Below are positions 1-8,822 of a DNA stretch of 64,000 nt, piece after piece. The DNA is taken from the NCBI GenBank assembly GCA_948468595.1, contig CAOKIU010000001.1:28811-92810 (forward strand), in the 5' to 3' direction. Position 1 is the stretch's first letter. Each line of letters starts with the position of its first letter. Under the pieces are notes generated by a model. That model made no database searches. It was not told the origin of the DNA and saw nothing but the letters and a program-made list of their open reading frames with translations. The translations under genes were made by a program, and so were the position numbers. This DNA comes from an uncultured Christensenella sp. (GTDB lineage Bacteria; Bacillota; Clostridia; Christensenellales; UBA1750).

Positions 1-2
1 AC

Positions 3-437
3 CCGGATTACTCCGAGGATCATAACCAAGGCGGCAGCTCCGGCGGCGGCACGGTCAACACCTACTACTCCATCGATGCGACCTGCTCCTCCGGCGGCTA
101 CATCAGCCCGGATGGACGCACCACCGTCAAGCGCGGCAACAGCCTGACCGTGACCTGGGGGCCCAAGAGCGGCTACCTCATCGACGGCGTGTATATCGAT
201 GGCGTGCTCAACAACCGCTACGATGGCTCCTACACCTTCCGCAACGTGGATGAGAGCCACACCATCTACGTCCGCTATGTCAGGGATTACGGCTCCTCCT
301 CCGGCGGCAGTTCCGGCGGAAGCTCCGGCACCTCTCCCAAGACGAGCGACCAGGGCATGCCCCTCTCGCTGCTGCTCGGCCTGAGCGGCGTGGCGGTCAT
401 CACGCTGATCGCGGCGCGTAAGCGCATCCGTTCCTAA
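3..437 (+). CDS. Cell-surface protein, C-terminal fragment (InlB B-repeat-like domain, Gly/Ser linker, sortase-type sorting signal)
   Basis: Frame 3 is open from the window edge to the stop at 435-437, so the 5' end is missing. The tail reads GSSSGGSSGGSSGTSPKTSDQG, then a hydrophobic stretch (MPLSLLLGLSGVAVITLIAA), then RKRIRS. That is the classic tripartite sorting-signal layout. The upstream part (TVTWGPKSGYLIDGVYIDG...YTFRNVDESHTIYVRY) resembles a divergent InlB B-repeat. Confidence 0.6.
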   Translation, partial: PDYSEDHNQGGSSGGGTVNTYYSIDATCSSGGYISPDGRTTVKRGNSLTVTWGPKSGYLIDGVYIDGVLNNRYDGSYTFRNVDESHTIYVRYVRDYGSSSGGSSGGSSGTSPKTSDQGMPLSLLLGLSGVAVITLIAARKRIRS

Positions 438-453
438 CATCCCCATACCCAAA

Positions 454-487
454 GGAGAGAAGCGCCTCGTATGAGGCGCTTCTCTCT
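454..487 (+). terminator. Stem-loop downstream of the surface protein gene
   Basis: Perfect 14-bp arms gagagaagcgcctc / gaggcgcttctctc around a gtat loop. The T-tail is weak. Confidence 0.5.
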
Positions 488-616
488 GCCTATCGGCCTT
501 CCATCGCTCTTTGAGGGCGCGCAGGGTGCCGCCTGTGGGTTGCATCGGAAGGGCGCGCCTTCTTCAACCCTCGTTTGAGGCGCCTCGCGTCTGCCTTCTG
601 CCGCGCCGGGGACTTG

Positions 617-1525
617 TCAGGCGTTTTCCGCAAAGAAATCGGTGTCCACGCGCTTAATCTCATAGACGGCCTCGGTTGAGACGCCCAGGCCGTGCTCCAT
701 CAGGAGCTGCGCCAGCTTGGCGCCGTCCACCAACACCACCTTGACGGTGTGCTGCTTGGCCGCGTAATCCCGCGCCTCGCGCGTAAACTGCGCCGTGGTG
801 ATGAACAACCCTTTTGACGCGCCCTGCCCCGCCAGCGCGCCCACGAATTTCTGGACCTCCGGCCGGCCGACAGAAGAGGCTCTGTCCCACTTTTTCGCCT
901 GAATGTAGATCAGGCTAAACCCCAGCTTGTCCTCCCGAATGATGCCGTCGATGCCCTCGTCCCCACTCTTCGCCGTGACAAAGCCCGCGCCCTCCACCGC
1001 GCCGCCATAGCCCATCTTGAGCAGCAGGCGAACCACCAGGCTCTCGAAAAAGGCCGGGGTCTGCGCGCAAACCTCCTCCAGCAGCTCGTCCGCAACCGCG
1101 CCGCGGATCATGCGGTAGGCCGCCTCCAGCGCGTCCTGCGGCGTATCGCCAACCGCTGTTGGCGATTCCGGTTTGGCTCTGGACGCGCGTCCGACAAACG
1201 CGCGGAAGGATGGGTAGCGCGAGAGGTAGCCGTTGTCTACATGCGCGCCCTCCTCTTTCCTTACGCGCTCTCCCTCCGCGGACAGAGCGTAAACGCCGCG
1301 CCGGCATCGCTTGACAAGCCCCGCCTGGGTTAAATAGGTGATTGCCCAGCCCACGCGGCCCGCCCAGACGGACTTGCCGCTGGGCAGCAGCTCCGCGCGC
1401 TCCTCGGGCGTGAGGCCGCGCAGGTCCGCCACCCGGTCGCGCAATTGCGACCGGTTCTGTTCGCCGTTCTCGCTCAAGACCGCGAGTATTTCCTCGTAAA
1501 GCTCATCATACTTTGGCAGCGCCAT
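617..1525 (-). CDS. mrr: Mrr-family type IV restriction endonuclease (Mrr_N winged helix plus Mrr catalytic domain)
   Basis: The N-terminus MALPKYDELYEEILAVL...WAGRVGWAITYLTQAGL and the C-terminal GDEGIDGII...IYIQAKKW core are typical of Mrr. I moved the start to the ATG at 1525 because GGGGAGAGGG lies just upstream. The longer ORF reaching 1708 runs into the flotillin gene and the terminator. Confidence 0.8.
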   Translation of the reverse strand: MALPKYDELYEEILAVLSENGEQNRSQLRDRVADLRGLTPEERAELLPSGKSVWAGRVGWAITYLTQAGLVKRCRRGVYALSAEGERVRKEEGAHVDNGYLSRYPSFRAFVGRASRAKPESPTAVGDTPQDALEAAYRMIRGAVADELLEEVCAQTPAFFESLVVRLLLKMGYGGAVEGAGFVTAKSGDEGIDGIIREDKLGFSLIYIQAKKWDRASSVGRPEVQKFVGALAGQGASKGLFITTAQFTREARDYAAKQHTVKVVLVDGAKLAQLLMEHGLGVSTEAVYEIKRVDTDFFAENA

Positions 1526-1555
1526 GTCCCTCTCCCCTATTTGTTGGTTTTTCTC

Positions 1556-1584
1556 AGTATAGCATGCCCGGCTGCCTACGGCAA
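1556..1584 (-). promoter_or_regulatory. Sigma-A type promoter for mrr
   Basis: On the minus strand: TTGCCG, 17-nt spacer, TGcTATACT (extended -10). Confidence 0.5.
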
Positions 1585-1602
1585 GCGCGCCAGCGTTCGC
1601 GC

Positions 1603-1629
1603 AAAAAAGGAGGGGCGGCCCGCCCCTCC
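1603..1629 (-). terminator. Rho-independent terminator after the flotillin operon
   Basis: Minus strand reads GGAGGGGCGGGCCGCCCCTCC followed by TTTTTT. Confidence 0.75.
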
Positions 1630-1652
1630 CCGCGCGAAGCATCGCGCTGCTC

Positions 1653-3062
1653 TCAGCTCTCGATCCGATCCGGCGCGCTGCCGGCGGGCTGATCGCCCTT
1701 GCTGGCAAAATTGCGCATCATGCCGGCAATATCCACGCCGGTCAGGTCGTTGAGGACGGAAAAGCCGTTGAGCGCGACATCGGAGACCACCTTGGCCACC
1801 TTGGAAGCGCCCTGCTCCCCGCCGTTGTCAATGACGGTGATCTTGTCGATGCTCTCCATGGGACGCGCCACCGCCGACATGATCTCGGGCAGGCGCTGCA
1901 CGACCAGTTCCACAACGGCCGCATCTCCGTATTTTTTCATGGCCTCCGCCAGCTTATCCTTGGCCTCAGCCTCGGCCACGCCCTTGGCCCGGATGGAGTC
2001 CGCTTCGGCCACGCCCCTTAGGCGTATGGCCTCAGCCTCGGCCTCCGCCTGCACGCGCTTGGCCTCCGCCTGGGCCTGCGCCTCAATGCGCATGGCCTCG
2101 GCGCGCGCCTCGGCCTCCCGGATGGCGCGCATCTTGTTGGCCTCGGCCTCCACTTCGATGCGGTATTTCTCCGCATCCGCGGGTTTCTTGACGGAGGCGA
2201 CGAGCTTTTCCTCCACCACCAGCGCTTCCTTTTGCGCCAGGATCGCTTGCCGCTCCGCAACCGTCTTGTTGTTCTCGATCTGCTGGAGCTGGTAGGCGAC
2301 GTCGGCATTGGCCTTGGCCTTGTCCTGCTCGGCGCGGTAGGCCTCGGTGCGCAGCGTCTTATCGCGCTGGGATTCCGCGATCTCCGCCGCGGCGCTGAGC
2401 TTGGCTTTCTCGCCCTCGCGGGTGGCTTCGGCGGTCTTGACCTCGGTATCGCGCCGGCGCTCGGCCGAGGCGATGTCCGCGTCGGATTTGGACTGCGCGA
2501 TCTGCGGAATGGCGCGGTTCTCCAGGTAGCCGCCCTGCGTGGCGATCTTGAGCACCGTATAGGACAGGAGCTTGAGCCCCATGCCGTACAGCTCGCGGGT
2601 GATGGACTCCTCAATGGAGTTTTCAAAGGCAACGCGGTCCTCGTTGATCTGCTCCACGGTCAGCGTGGAGACGATGCCGCGCAGCTTGCCCTCCAAGATC
2701 TGCTCGACGACGGTTTTGATGTTCTGGGTGGTCTGCGTGGTGTTGCCGTTGCAGAACTGCTCCACGGCGGTGAGCACCGCCTCGCGGGTGTTATCCACCT
2801 TGACCACCGCCGTGCCGGCAATATCCACAAAGATGCCCTGCTTGGAGGGCGCCTCGGTGATGTCGGTGGTCATGGAAACCGCCTCAAGGGAGATCATGCA
2901 GGACGTTTCAATGATGGGGATGACGAATCCGCCGCGGCCCACCAGCACGCGCTTGCGAATGCCGGTGATGACCATGGCCTTATCCGCCGGCACCCGGCGC
3001 CAACAGGCCAACAGAAAAACCACGATGAGCGCGGCGACGACCGCTGCGATAAACCCTTCCAT
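1653..3062 (-). CDS. Flotillin-like SPFH/band-7 domain protein
   Basis: N-terminal membrane anchor (MEGFIAAVVAALIVVFLLA), an SPFH core, and a long Ala/Glu-rich coiled-coil region (EAEARAEAMRIEAQAQAEAKRVQAEAEAEA). RBS AAGGAGAGGAGAA lies upstream of the ATG at 3062. Confidence 0.85.
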   Translation of the reverse strand: MEGFIAAVVAALIVVFLLACWRRVPADKAMVITGIRKRVLVGRGGFVIPIIETSCMISLEAVSMTTDITEAPSKQGIFVDIAGTAVVKVDNTREAVLTAVEQFCNGNTTQTTQNIKTVVEQILEGKLRGIVSTLTVEQINEDRVAFENSIEESITRELYGMGLKLLSYTVLKIATQGGYLENRAIPQIAQSKSDADIASAERRRDTEVKTAEATREGEKAKLSAAAEIAESQRDKTLRTEAYRAEQDKAKANADVAYQLQQIENNKTVAERQAILAQKEALVVEEKLVASVKKPADAEKYRIEVEAEANKMRAIREAEARAEAMRIEAQAQAEAKRVQAEAEAEAIRLRGVAEADSIRAKGVAEAEAKDKLAEAMKKYGDAAVVELVVQRLPEIMSAVARPMESIDKITVIDNGGEQGASKVAKVVSDVALNGFSVLNDLTGVDIAGMMRNFASKGDQPAGSAPDRIES

Positions 3063-3065
3063 TTT

Positions 3066-3260
3066 TTAGTTCTCCTCTCCTTGCATCAAGATCAATTCCT
3101 CATTTTCGCACAGCGTGCCGTCCATGAAATGGGGTTGCTCCAGGGATTGGGGCGGGTCATAGGAAACCCAATAGCCCGGCACAACGTGCGTGTACCCGCA
3201 CACAGGACACTTGTAGAAATACTGCTCCAACTGCTTCACTCCTCCTTTACCGGCCGGCAT
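3066..3260 (-). CDS. Small Cys-containing hypothetical protein immediately upstream of flotillin
   Basis: Its stop is 3 nt from the flotillin start, and its last codons contain the flotillin RBS. It contains [10 protein letters not shown]. The start is uncertain: ATG at 3260 without a good RBS, or an in-frame TTG about 10 nt after AAAGGAGGA. The 144-aa ORF in the track overlaps the upstream gene and is too long. Confidence 0.4.
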   Translation of the reverse strand: MPAGKGGVKQLEQYFYKCPVCGYTHVVPGYWVSYDPPQSLEQPHFMDGTLCENEELILMQGEEN

Positions 3261-3939
3261 ATTGGGGATATGCGGCCGCCAAGCGCTCGTGCGCTGCGCG
3301 CACCTCATCCGGCACGTCCACATGGACGATAAACCCCTTGCCCTTGGGGCCGTAGCCGCTTTCATCGTCCGTAAGGCGCGGAATCTCGCCCAGAACCAGG
3401 CGCAAGAACCGCTCCCGCCCGCCATAGAGCGCCGGGCTTTCGACGGTGGGGAGAAAGGGCGGCGCACTGAAAATCCGCGCGCCGGGAAAGACCTTGGCAA
3501 ATGAAGCGGCCGATCTTCTTTGCAAGATGGGGTCCTGCACCAGGGCGATGGTGCGCGGACGCACGCCGCGCTGGTCGAGCAGCGCGCGCGTTTTCACCGC
3601 ATTGTCGCCGCAGTTTGCCGAGGTCGCCTCCAGCATCAGGTTGGCCGCGCAGGTCTTGCGCACAATGCGCGCAAACAGCTCCGCCTCCGACCTGTCGCGG
3701 GTTTCCATCCCCCGGTAGGCCGCCGAGCGCTCCAGCGCCTCATACAACGGCAGCGTGGAATGCCCGATGCCGCCGCTGACGACAAAGTGCCAGAATTGCT
3801 TTTCGCGGTACAGTCCGGCGGCGTATTCCGCGGCACAGGGCAGGGCGCTGCCCAATAACACCAGTACCTCCGCGCAGTCAAACGCATCCCGGGGCGACAG
3901 AAAGCTCAGCAGTATTTGAAGGTCCTCTTCCCGCTGCAT
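3247..3939 (-). CDS. YdcF/DUF218 family protein
   Basis: Family resemblance only (VLVLLGSA...[10 protein letters not shown]...[11 protein letters not shown]). I chose the ATG at 3939 because AAGGAG lies 9 nt upstream. The GTG at 3960 has no usable spacing. Confidence 0.6.
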   Translation of the reverse strand: MQREEDLQILLSFLSPRDAFDCAEVLVLLGSALPCAAEYAAGLYREKQFWHFVVSGGIGHSTLPLYEALERSAAYRGMETRDRSEAELFARIVRKTCAANLMLEATSANCGDNAVKTRALLDQRGVRPRTIALVQDPILQRRSAASFAKVFPGARIFSAPPFLPTVESPALYGGRERFLRLVLGEIPRLTDDESGYGPKGKGFIVHVDVPDEVRAAHERLAAAYPQYAGR

Positions 3940-4072
3940 GGCGATGATCTCCTTTGCCACGTCCTTAACATCTATGATGATATCGCATCCGCATATACTT
4001 TACAAGAAATTGTGCACAAAAGCAACATTCTTCGACACCAAAACCCGCGCCCGGACGACAGCGCCTGCGGAC

Positions 4073-4103
4073 AAAAAAGAAAGGGGCCTTATCGGCTCCT
4101 TTC
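4073..4103 (-). terminator. Rho-independent terminator about 300 nt downstream of the anti-sigma gene
   Basis: Minus strand reads GAAAGGAGCC-gataa-GGCCCCTTTC followed by TTTTTT. Confidence 0.6.
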
Positions 4104-4409
4104 CAACGGATACAACATCGACTTTAGCGCAGGCCAAGACGCCGCGCAAGGCGGACCGTGGCGCTTTTTGAAAAGGGTCCGCCCTTTCATCCTGCGTCGG
4201 CGCTTGACGCGCGAAATAGGGTCATCCTGGGTACTGAAAATGCGCCGCCAACCTCTGCATTCTCGCGGCCTGTGCGCCCTTTGTTCACCCTATGCGCCTT
4301 ACCGGTGATCCATCGCCCTTGCGATTCAGCCCACATTTTGTACATCATAGGGAGAAGAAAAGGAAACCGGGGGCGTCTCCCCGCGCAGCGCTTAATGCAT
4401 CGCCCGGCC

Positions 4410-5252
4410 TCATCGCGCGTCCGGCGCTATGATCTCAAACTCCTGCGGCCCGTAACCGCCCGGCGCAATGGCATACTTCGCAAAGACGACCACCGGATTG
4501 CCCTGCGCGTTGAGATAGAAGGCGGTCTCCTCGTCCACTCCGGCAAAGCCGCCCGCGTCCTGCGCAAAATAGGGGATCTCCGCGCGCTGGGCCATCTGCT
4601 CCCGTATGGAGGCATTGGCGATGCGGGCATAGTCCTCGCCCAGCACGTCCTTGAGCGTCAGCTCCTTGCCGGTGAGCAAATCGATGTTGTAATACTTAAT
4701 CTCCTTTAAGGCGCTTATGTCGCTCTGCGCCGCGCGCAGGACGAACGAGAGCCTGTCCTGGCTTTGGCTGAGCACCTCGTAGCTTACGTCGATTGTCACA
4801 TCGCGCGCCGCGAATTCCTCCTCCGTGCCGCCGGTGGCTAGAAACGCCCTCTTTTCGGCCTCTACCAGCGCGTTCGCCTCCGCCAAATAGCAGTCCACGG
4901 CCTGCTGGATGCGCGCGTTGATCTCCAAGGCGAGGTCCTCGTTGATCTGTTCCAGGGCGGGCTGTTCCACGCGAACGGTCTTTGTCTCGTCCTGCTGGAC
5001 ATAGGCGCGAACACTGAACACGCGGGCAATCGTCCCCACCACGGGAACGCCCTCCAAGCTCTGGGCAAAAGCTGGACTCGCGTTGACGCTCACGGCGAAG
5101 GCAACCAAGCACGCCGCGATGGCGCCGACGGGTTTGCGCCACCGGTCGCGGGCGCGCGCAATCCTCAAGCGCTTCATCTCCTCAATGGTGCTTTCTTTCA
5201 ACGCTTTGGTCGGATGCACCGATGCAAATCCCCTGCGATAGTTCTCCCTCAT
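4410..5252 (-). CDS. Membrane anti-sigma factor with RsiV-like DUF4163/DUF3298 ectodomain
   Basis: Short cytoplasmic N-terminus, one TM segment (VGAIAACLVAFAVSV), and a C-terminus ending FYLNAQGNPVVVFAKYAIAPGGYGPQEFEI. Its start ATG overlaps the sigma factor stop as ATGA at 5249-5252. Confidence 0.7.
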   Translation of the reverse strand: MRENYRRGFASVHPTKALKESTIEEMKRLRIARARDRWRKPVGAIAACLVAFAVSVNASPAFAQSLEGVPVVGTIARVFSVRAYVQQDETKTVRVEQPALEQINEDLALEINARIQQAVDCYLAEANALVEAEKRAFLATGGTEEEFAARDVTIDVSYEVLSQSQDRLSFVLRAAQSDISALKEIKYYNIDLLTGKELTLKDVLGEDYARIANASIREQMAQRAEIPYFAQDAGGFAGVDEETAFYLNAQGNPVVVFAKYAIAPGGYGPQEFEIIAPDAR

Positions 5253-5746
5253 CCTGGCACTCCTTTCCATATGCTCCTTAGATGCGCCCGCGCGCGCGTC
5301 AGCCTTGCGCGCACGGTGGACTCCTTCTCTCCGGTGATGCGGCCAATCTCCTTTGCCGTTAGGTCCTGCTCATAAAACAGGTGCAGCAGCGTCCGCTCCT
5401 GCTCAGGCAAGCGCGATAGCGCGTCGCGCAGCAGCAGCGCGTCCATGCCCTCGCCCGCTTCCATCCGCTCGGGAACCGTCTCCATGGGCACGACATGCCG
5501 CTTCCAGGCCGTGGTCCCCAGCTTTTTGCAGCAATTGATCGTGACGCGCAGCAACCACGCCTTGCGGTGTTCCTCACTCAAAAAGGTCGGGTTGCGCCGC
5601 ACCAGCCGCAAAAACACCTCCTGAAACACATCGTCCGCGCAGTCTCTGCGGCCCGTCTGCGCACAGGCGAGGCGGTAGACCATGTCCGCGTATTTTTCCA
5701 CGACCGCATCAATACTCTCTTCGGTCGCAAGCGATAGCCCCGCCAT
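5249..5746 (-). CDS. ECF-type RNA polymerase sigma-70 family factor (SigV-like context)
   Basis: 165 aa with a region 2 signature (DDVFQEVFLRLV) and a region 4 HTH (LTAKEIGRITGEKESTVRARLTRA). It is translationally coupled to the anti-sigma gene. Confidence 0.85.
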   Translation of the reverse strand: MAGLSLATEESIDAVVEKYADMVYRLACAQTGRRDCADDVFQEVFLRLVRRNPTFLSEEHRKAWLLRVTINCCKKLGTTAWKRHVVPMETVPERMEAGEGMDALLLRDALSRLPEQERTLLHLFYEQDLTAKEIGRITGEKESTVRARLTRARAHLRSIWKGVPG

Positions 5747-5902
5747 TGCCTCCCCCTCCTTTCACTACCAATACCCCGCGCAGCATGAAAACGCTGCAAC
5801 AAGATCAGCATCTGCCAGCAAGAATGGTGGATTTCCCTCTCACGCCGTTGCGGCCCGGCGCCTGGGACAGCCCGCCGCTCGCCCTGCGAACGGCCTTTGC
5901 TT

Positions 5903-5934
5903 AAAAAACGCCGCGCAGAGCTTGCTCTGCGCGG
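5903..5934 (-). terminator. Rho-independent terminator of the nucleoside salvage operon
   Basis: Minus strand reads GCCGCGCAGAGC-aa-GCTCTGCGCGGC followed by GTTTTTT. Confidence 0.8.
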
Positions 5935-5962
5935 CTGCCTTTAGAAGCAATGGAATGCGCGA

Positions 5963-7258
5963 TCAGACGTTGAACAAATGGTCGTAGAAGAACTGCACGC
6001 GATCGTAGACCTCTTCAAGGTCGACGTTCATGGGACGCCCCTCCTCGTAGACCACGCGGCCGGCCACCATGGTCATCACCACGTCGCGGGAGTTGCCGCC
6101 GTAGACGATGTGATGCACCAGGTCGGTCATGGGATGGTAATAGGGCCGGTCGATGTCCACCAGGCACAGGTCCGCCTGGAAACCCGGGCAAATGCTGCCC
6201 ACATCCTCATAGCCCAAGGCCAGCGCTGCGCCGCGCGTAGCCATGTACAGCGCTTCAGGCGCGCGCACGGCTGTGGCGTCCAGGGTATTGCCCTTGTGCA
6301 TCAGCGCGCACAGGCGCATCTCCTCCCACAGGTCCAGGCTGTTGTTGCTGGCCGCGCCATCGGTGGAGAGGGCGATCTTGATGCCGCGGGAGAGCATGCC
6401 CGGAACGGGCGCAAACCCGGAGCCCAGCTTCATATTGGAGCAGGGATTGTGCAGCACCGCGGCGCCCTTGCGCGCGATCAAATCCATGTCCGCCTCTTCC
6501 AGCCATACGCAATGGGCCAGCAGGGCCTGATTGTCGTCGAAAAAGCCCTCGCGGTCGAGAAGGCCCACCGGCGTCAGGCCATGGCGCGCCTTGCACTCCA
6601 CGTGCTCCTTCTTCGTCTCGGAGACGTGGATGTGCAGCGGGCAACCCAGTTTCCTTGCGGTATCGGCGCACTGGCGCAGGAAGGGTGCAGTGGCCGTGTA
6701 TTCCGCGTGCGGCCCCAGGCCCACGCGCACTAACCCGCCCAGCGCGCCGTTGACCTCGTGATAAAAGCGCACGTTGTCCTCAAGCTGTTGCTGCGCGTTG
6801 TCCGCCTGGCCGAACAGGCCCATGGACAGCGTCGCGCGCAGGGGGAGCTTCTCCAGCGCGGGAAGCAAAGCGCGGTTCTGGGTGTACATGTCGTTTACCG
6901 TGGTCACGCCCGCGCGGGCCAGCTCCGCCAGGGCCAGCAGCGCGCCATAGGTGATGGATTCCGGCGTCTCCTTCGCCTCCAGCGGGAAGATGCGGTCGTT
7001 GAGCCAGGAGTGCAGCTCCATGTCGTCCGCGCCGCCGCGGAAGAGCACCATGGGCAGGTGCGTATGTCCGTTGACAAAGCCGGGCAGCAGCGCCTTCTTC
7101 CCCTTTCCGTCGATGACGCGCGCGCCGGCCGTGTCCTTGGGCGGCTCGCTGCCCACGTAGGTGATCCTATCGTCCAGAACCTCCACCGCGCCGTTTTGCA
7201 GGACCTCGTTTTCGCCGTTGACCGTGACCACGTGGACGTTTTGAAAAATGGTCCTCAT
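5963..7258 (-). CDS. mtaD: Amidohydrolase, 5'-methylthioadenosine/S-adenosylhomocysteine deaminase-like
   Basis: 431 aa with the metal-binding motif PGFVNGHTHLPM and the overall layout of the chlorohydrolase/MtaD family. It is the last gene of the operon. Confidence 0.7.
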   Translation of the reverse strand: MRTIFQNVHVVTVNGENEVLQNGAVEVLDDRITYVGSEPPKDTAGARVIDGKGKKALLPGFVNGHTHLPMVLFRGGADDMELHSWLNDRIFPLEAKETPESITYGALLALAELARAGVTTVNDMYTQNRALLPALEKLPLRATLSMGLFGQADNAQQQLEDNVRFYHEVNGALGGLVRVGLGPHAEYTATAPFLRQCADTARKLGCPLHIHVSETKKEHVECKARHGLTPVGLLDREGFFDDNQALLAHCVWLEEADMDLIARKGAAVLHNPCSNMKLGSGFAPVPGMLSRGIKIALSTDGAASNNSLDLWEEMRLCALMHKGNTLDATAVRAPEALYMATRGAALALGYEDVGSICPGFQADLCLVDIDRPYYHPMTDLVHHIVYGGNSRDVVMTMVAGRVVYEEGRPMNVDLEEVYDRVQFFYDHLFNV

Positions 7259-7272
7259 CGCATTTCCTCCAT

Positions 7273-7890
7273 TCAGCCCACGTGGACCTCAAACTCGCAG
7301 TAGGGGTCGCCGTTGGCGCAGCACTTGGTCTCCACAACCTCCACCGGACGGCCCAGCGGCTTGGCAAAGCATCCCGCCGCCGTGCCCGCCTCGTAGGCGC
7401 AGATCTTCATGCCGATGTTGGGCAGGCCGTAGCAGTCCGCGCACTCATAATGGCGGTAGATGCCAAAGTCCTCGCGCGCCACCACGATCTCCTCGTGGGC
7501 GTAACCATGCCGCGCGGCGATGGGCTGGTTGCTTTTAAGGATCTCGGGCAGGGTCTTGCCCATGAGCATGGGCGCGATGAACACATCGCCGATGACGCGG
7601 GCGATCTCGTATTCCAGTTTGAGCAGCTCGGGGAAGAGCAGGAAGGAGAGCGTCTGCCGCTCCCGCATGTACATCACCTGCATCTCGTTCCCCAGCGTCG
7701 GCCGGAAGGGCACGCCGTCGTCGTAGAGCTTGTACATGCCCAGCATCGCCTCCACCAGCGCTTCCTGGCGGTGGACGTAGGCGCTCATCTCCTCGGAGGT
7801 CTCCTTGGTGATGACGATCTTCTCGCGCAGAACCCTGCGAACCTCGTCAATCTTGGGGGAAGTGAGAATGCTCTTGTTTTCCATGGTCAT
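7273..7890 (-). CDS. V4R (4-vinyl reductase type) small-molecule-binding domain protein
   Basis: The C-terminus CAYEAGTAAGCFAKPLGRPVEVVETKCCANGDPYCEFEVHV matches the V4R signature (C..G...G...E..C.a.GD..C.F). It overlaps the upstream permease gene by 4 nt. Confidence 0.6.
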   Translation of the reverse strand: MTMENKSILTSPKIDEVRRVLREKIVITKETSEEMSAYVHRQEALVEAMLGMYKLYDDGVPFRPTLGNEMQVMYMRERQTLSFLLFPELLKLEYEIARVIGDVFIAPMLMGKTLPEILKSNQPIAARHGYAHEEIVVAREDFGIYRHYECADCYGLPNIGMKICAYEAGTAAGCFAKPLGRPVEVVETKCCANGDPYCEFEVHVG

Positions 7891-8822
7891 TGTTCTCCCT
7901 TAGCGTAGTAGTGCCTGCCTTCCGCGGCAGGGGCGCGCCGCTTGCCGCCGCGGGCAAAGACCAGCACGATCAGGGTTGCGACATAGGGCAGCATCTGAAT
8001 GAGCTGCGGGGGAATGCTGCCGGTCTGCAAGCGGTATTGCAGGCTCTGCGCCAAGCCGAAGAGCAGGGAGCCCAGCCAAGCTCCCACCGGATGCCAGCCG
8101 CCGAAGATCACCACCGCCAGGGCGATGAAGCCGCGGCCGGAGACCATGTCGCGGCTGAACATGTGAATATCGCCGATGGACATGTACGCGCCGCCAATGG
8201 CCGCCAGCACGCCGCAGAGAATGACGCAGATGTACTGCGTCCTATAGACGTTGATGCCCATGGACCCAGCCGCCTCCGGATTCTCGCCGATGACGCGGGC
8301 CCGAAGGCCAAAGACCGTGCGATACAGCAGGAACCACACGCCCAGCACGCTGAGCGCCAGCAGGATGAGGAGCGGGGAAACCTGCCCCAGGATGTCCTTT
8401 AGGAAGGGCACCTGGTTGATGCCCGGCACCGTGATGTTGGAAAAGGAGGCGACCTCCGCGCTCTTGCCCTTGGTCTGCCAGATCATTTGCAGCAGCACCA
8501 CGGTAAGGCCGGAAGCGAGCACATTGATGCCCACGCCCGCCAGCACGTGCTCGCACTTAAAGCGGATGGTCAGGATGCCGTGCAAAAGGCCGCACAGCGC
8601 GCCCGCAAACATCGCCGTGAGCAGCCCCAGCCAGGCGCTGCCCGTATAATACGCGCCCACCGCGCCAAAGAACGCGCCGATGAGCATGGTGCCCTCCAGG
8701 CCCATGTTGATGATGCCGCTGCGCTCAGAGAGCGTGCCGCCAAGGGCCGCAAAGGCGATGGGAATGGACACGCGGATGGAACCCGCGACAAGAGAGGTGA
8801 CGACCGAAAGCACGTCCTGCAT
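7887..8822 (-). CDS. ABC transporter permease (BMP/nucleoside uptake family, second permease)
   Basis: 311-aa polytopic membrane protein, contiguous with the other transporter genes. Confidence 0.8.
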   Translation of the reverse strand: MQDVLSVVTSLVAGSIRVSIPIAFAALGGTLSERSGIINMGLEGTMLIGAFFGAVGAYYTGSAWLGLLTAMFAGALCGLLHGILTIRFKCEHVLAGVGINVLASGLTVVLLQMIWQTKGKSAEVASFSNITVPGINQVPFLKDILGQVSPLLILLALSVLGVWFLLYRTVFGLRARVIGENPEAAGSMGINVYRTQYICVILCGVLAAIGGAYMSIGDIHMFSRDMVSGRGFIALAVVIFGGWHPVGAWLGSLLFGLAQSLQYRLQTGSIPPQLIQMLPYVATLIVLVFARGGKRRAPAAEGRHYYAKGEQ

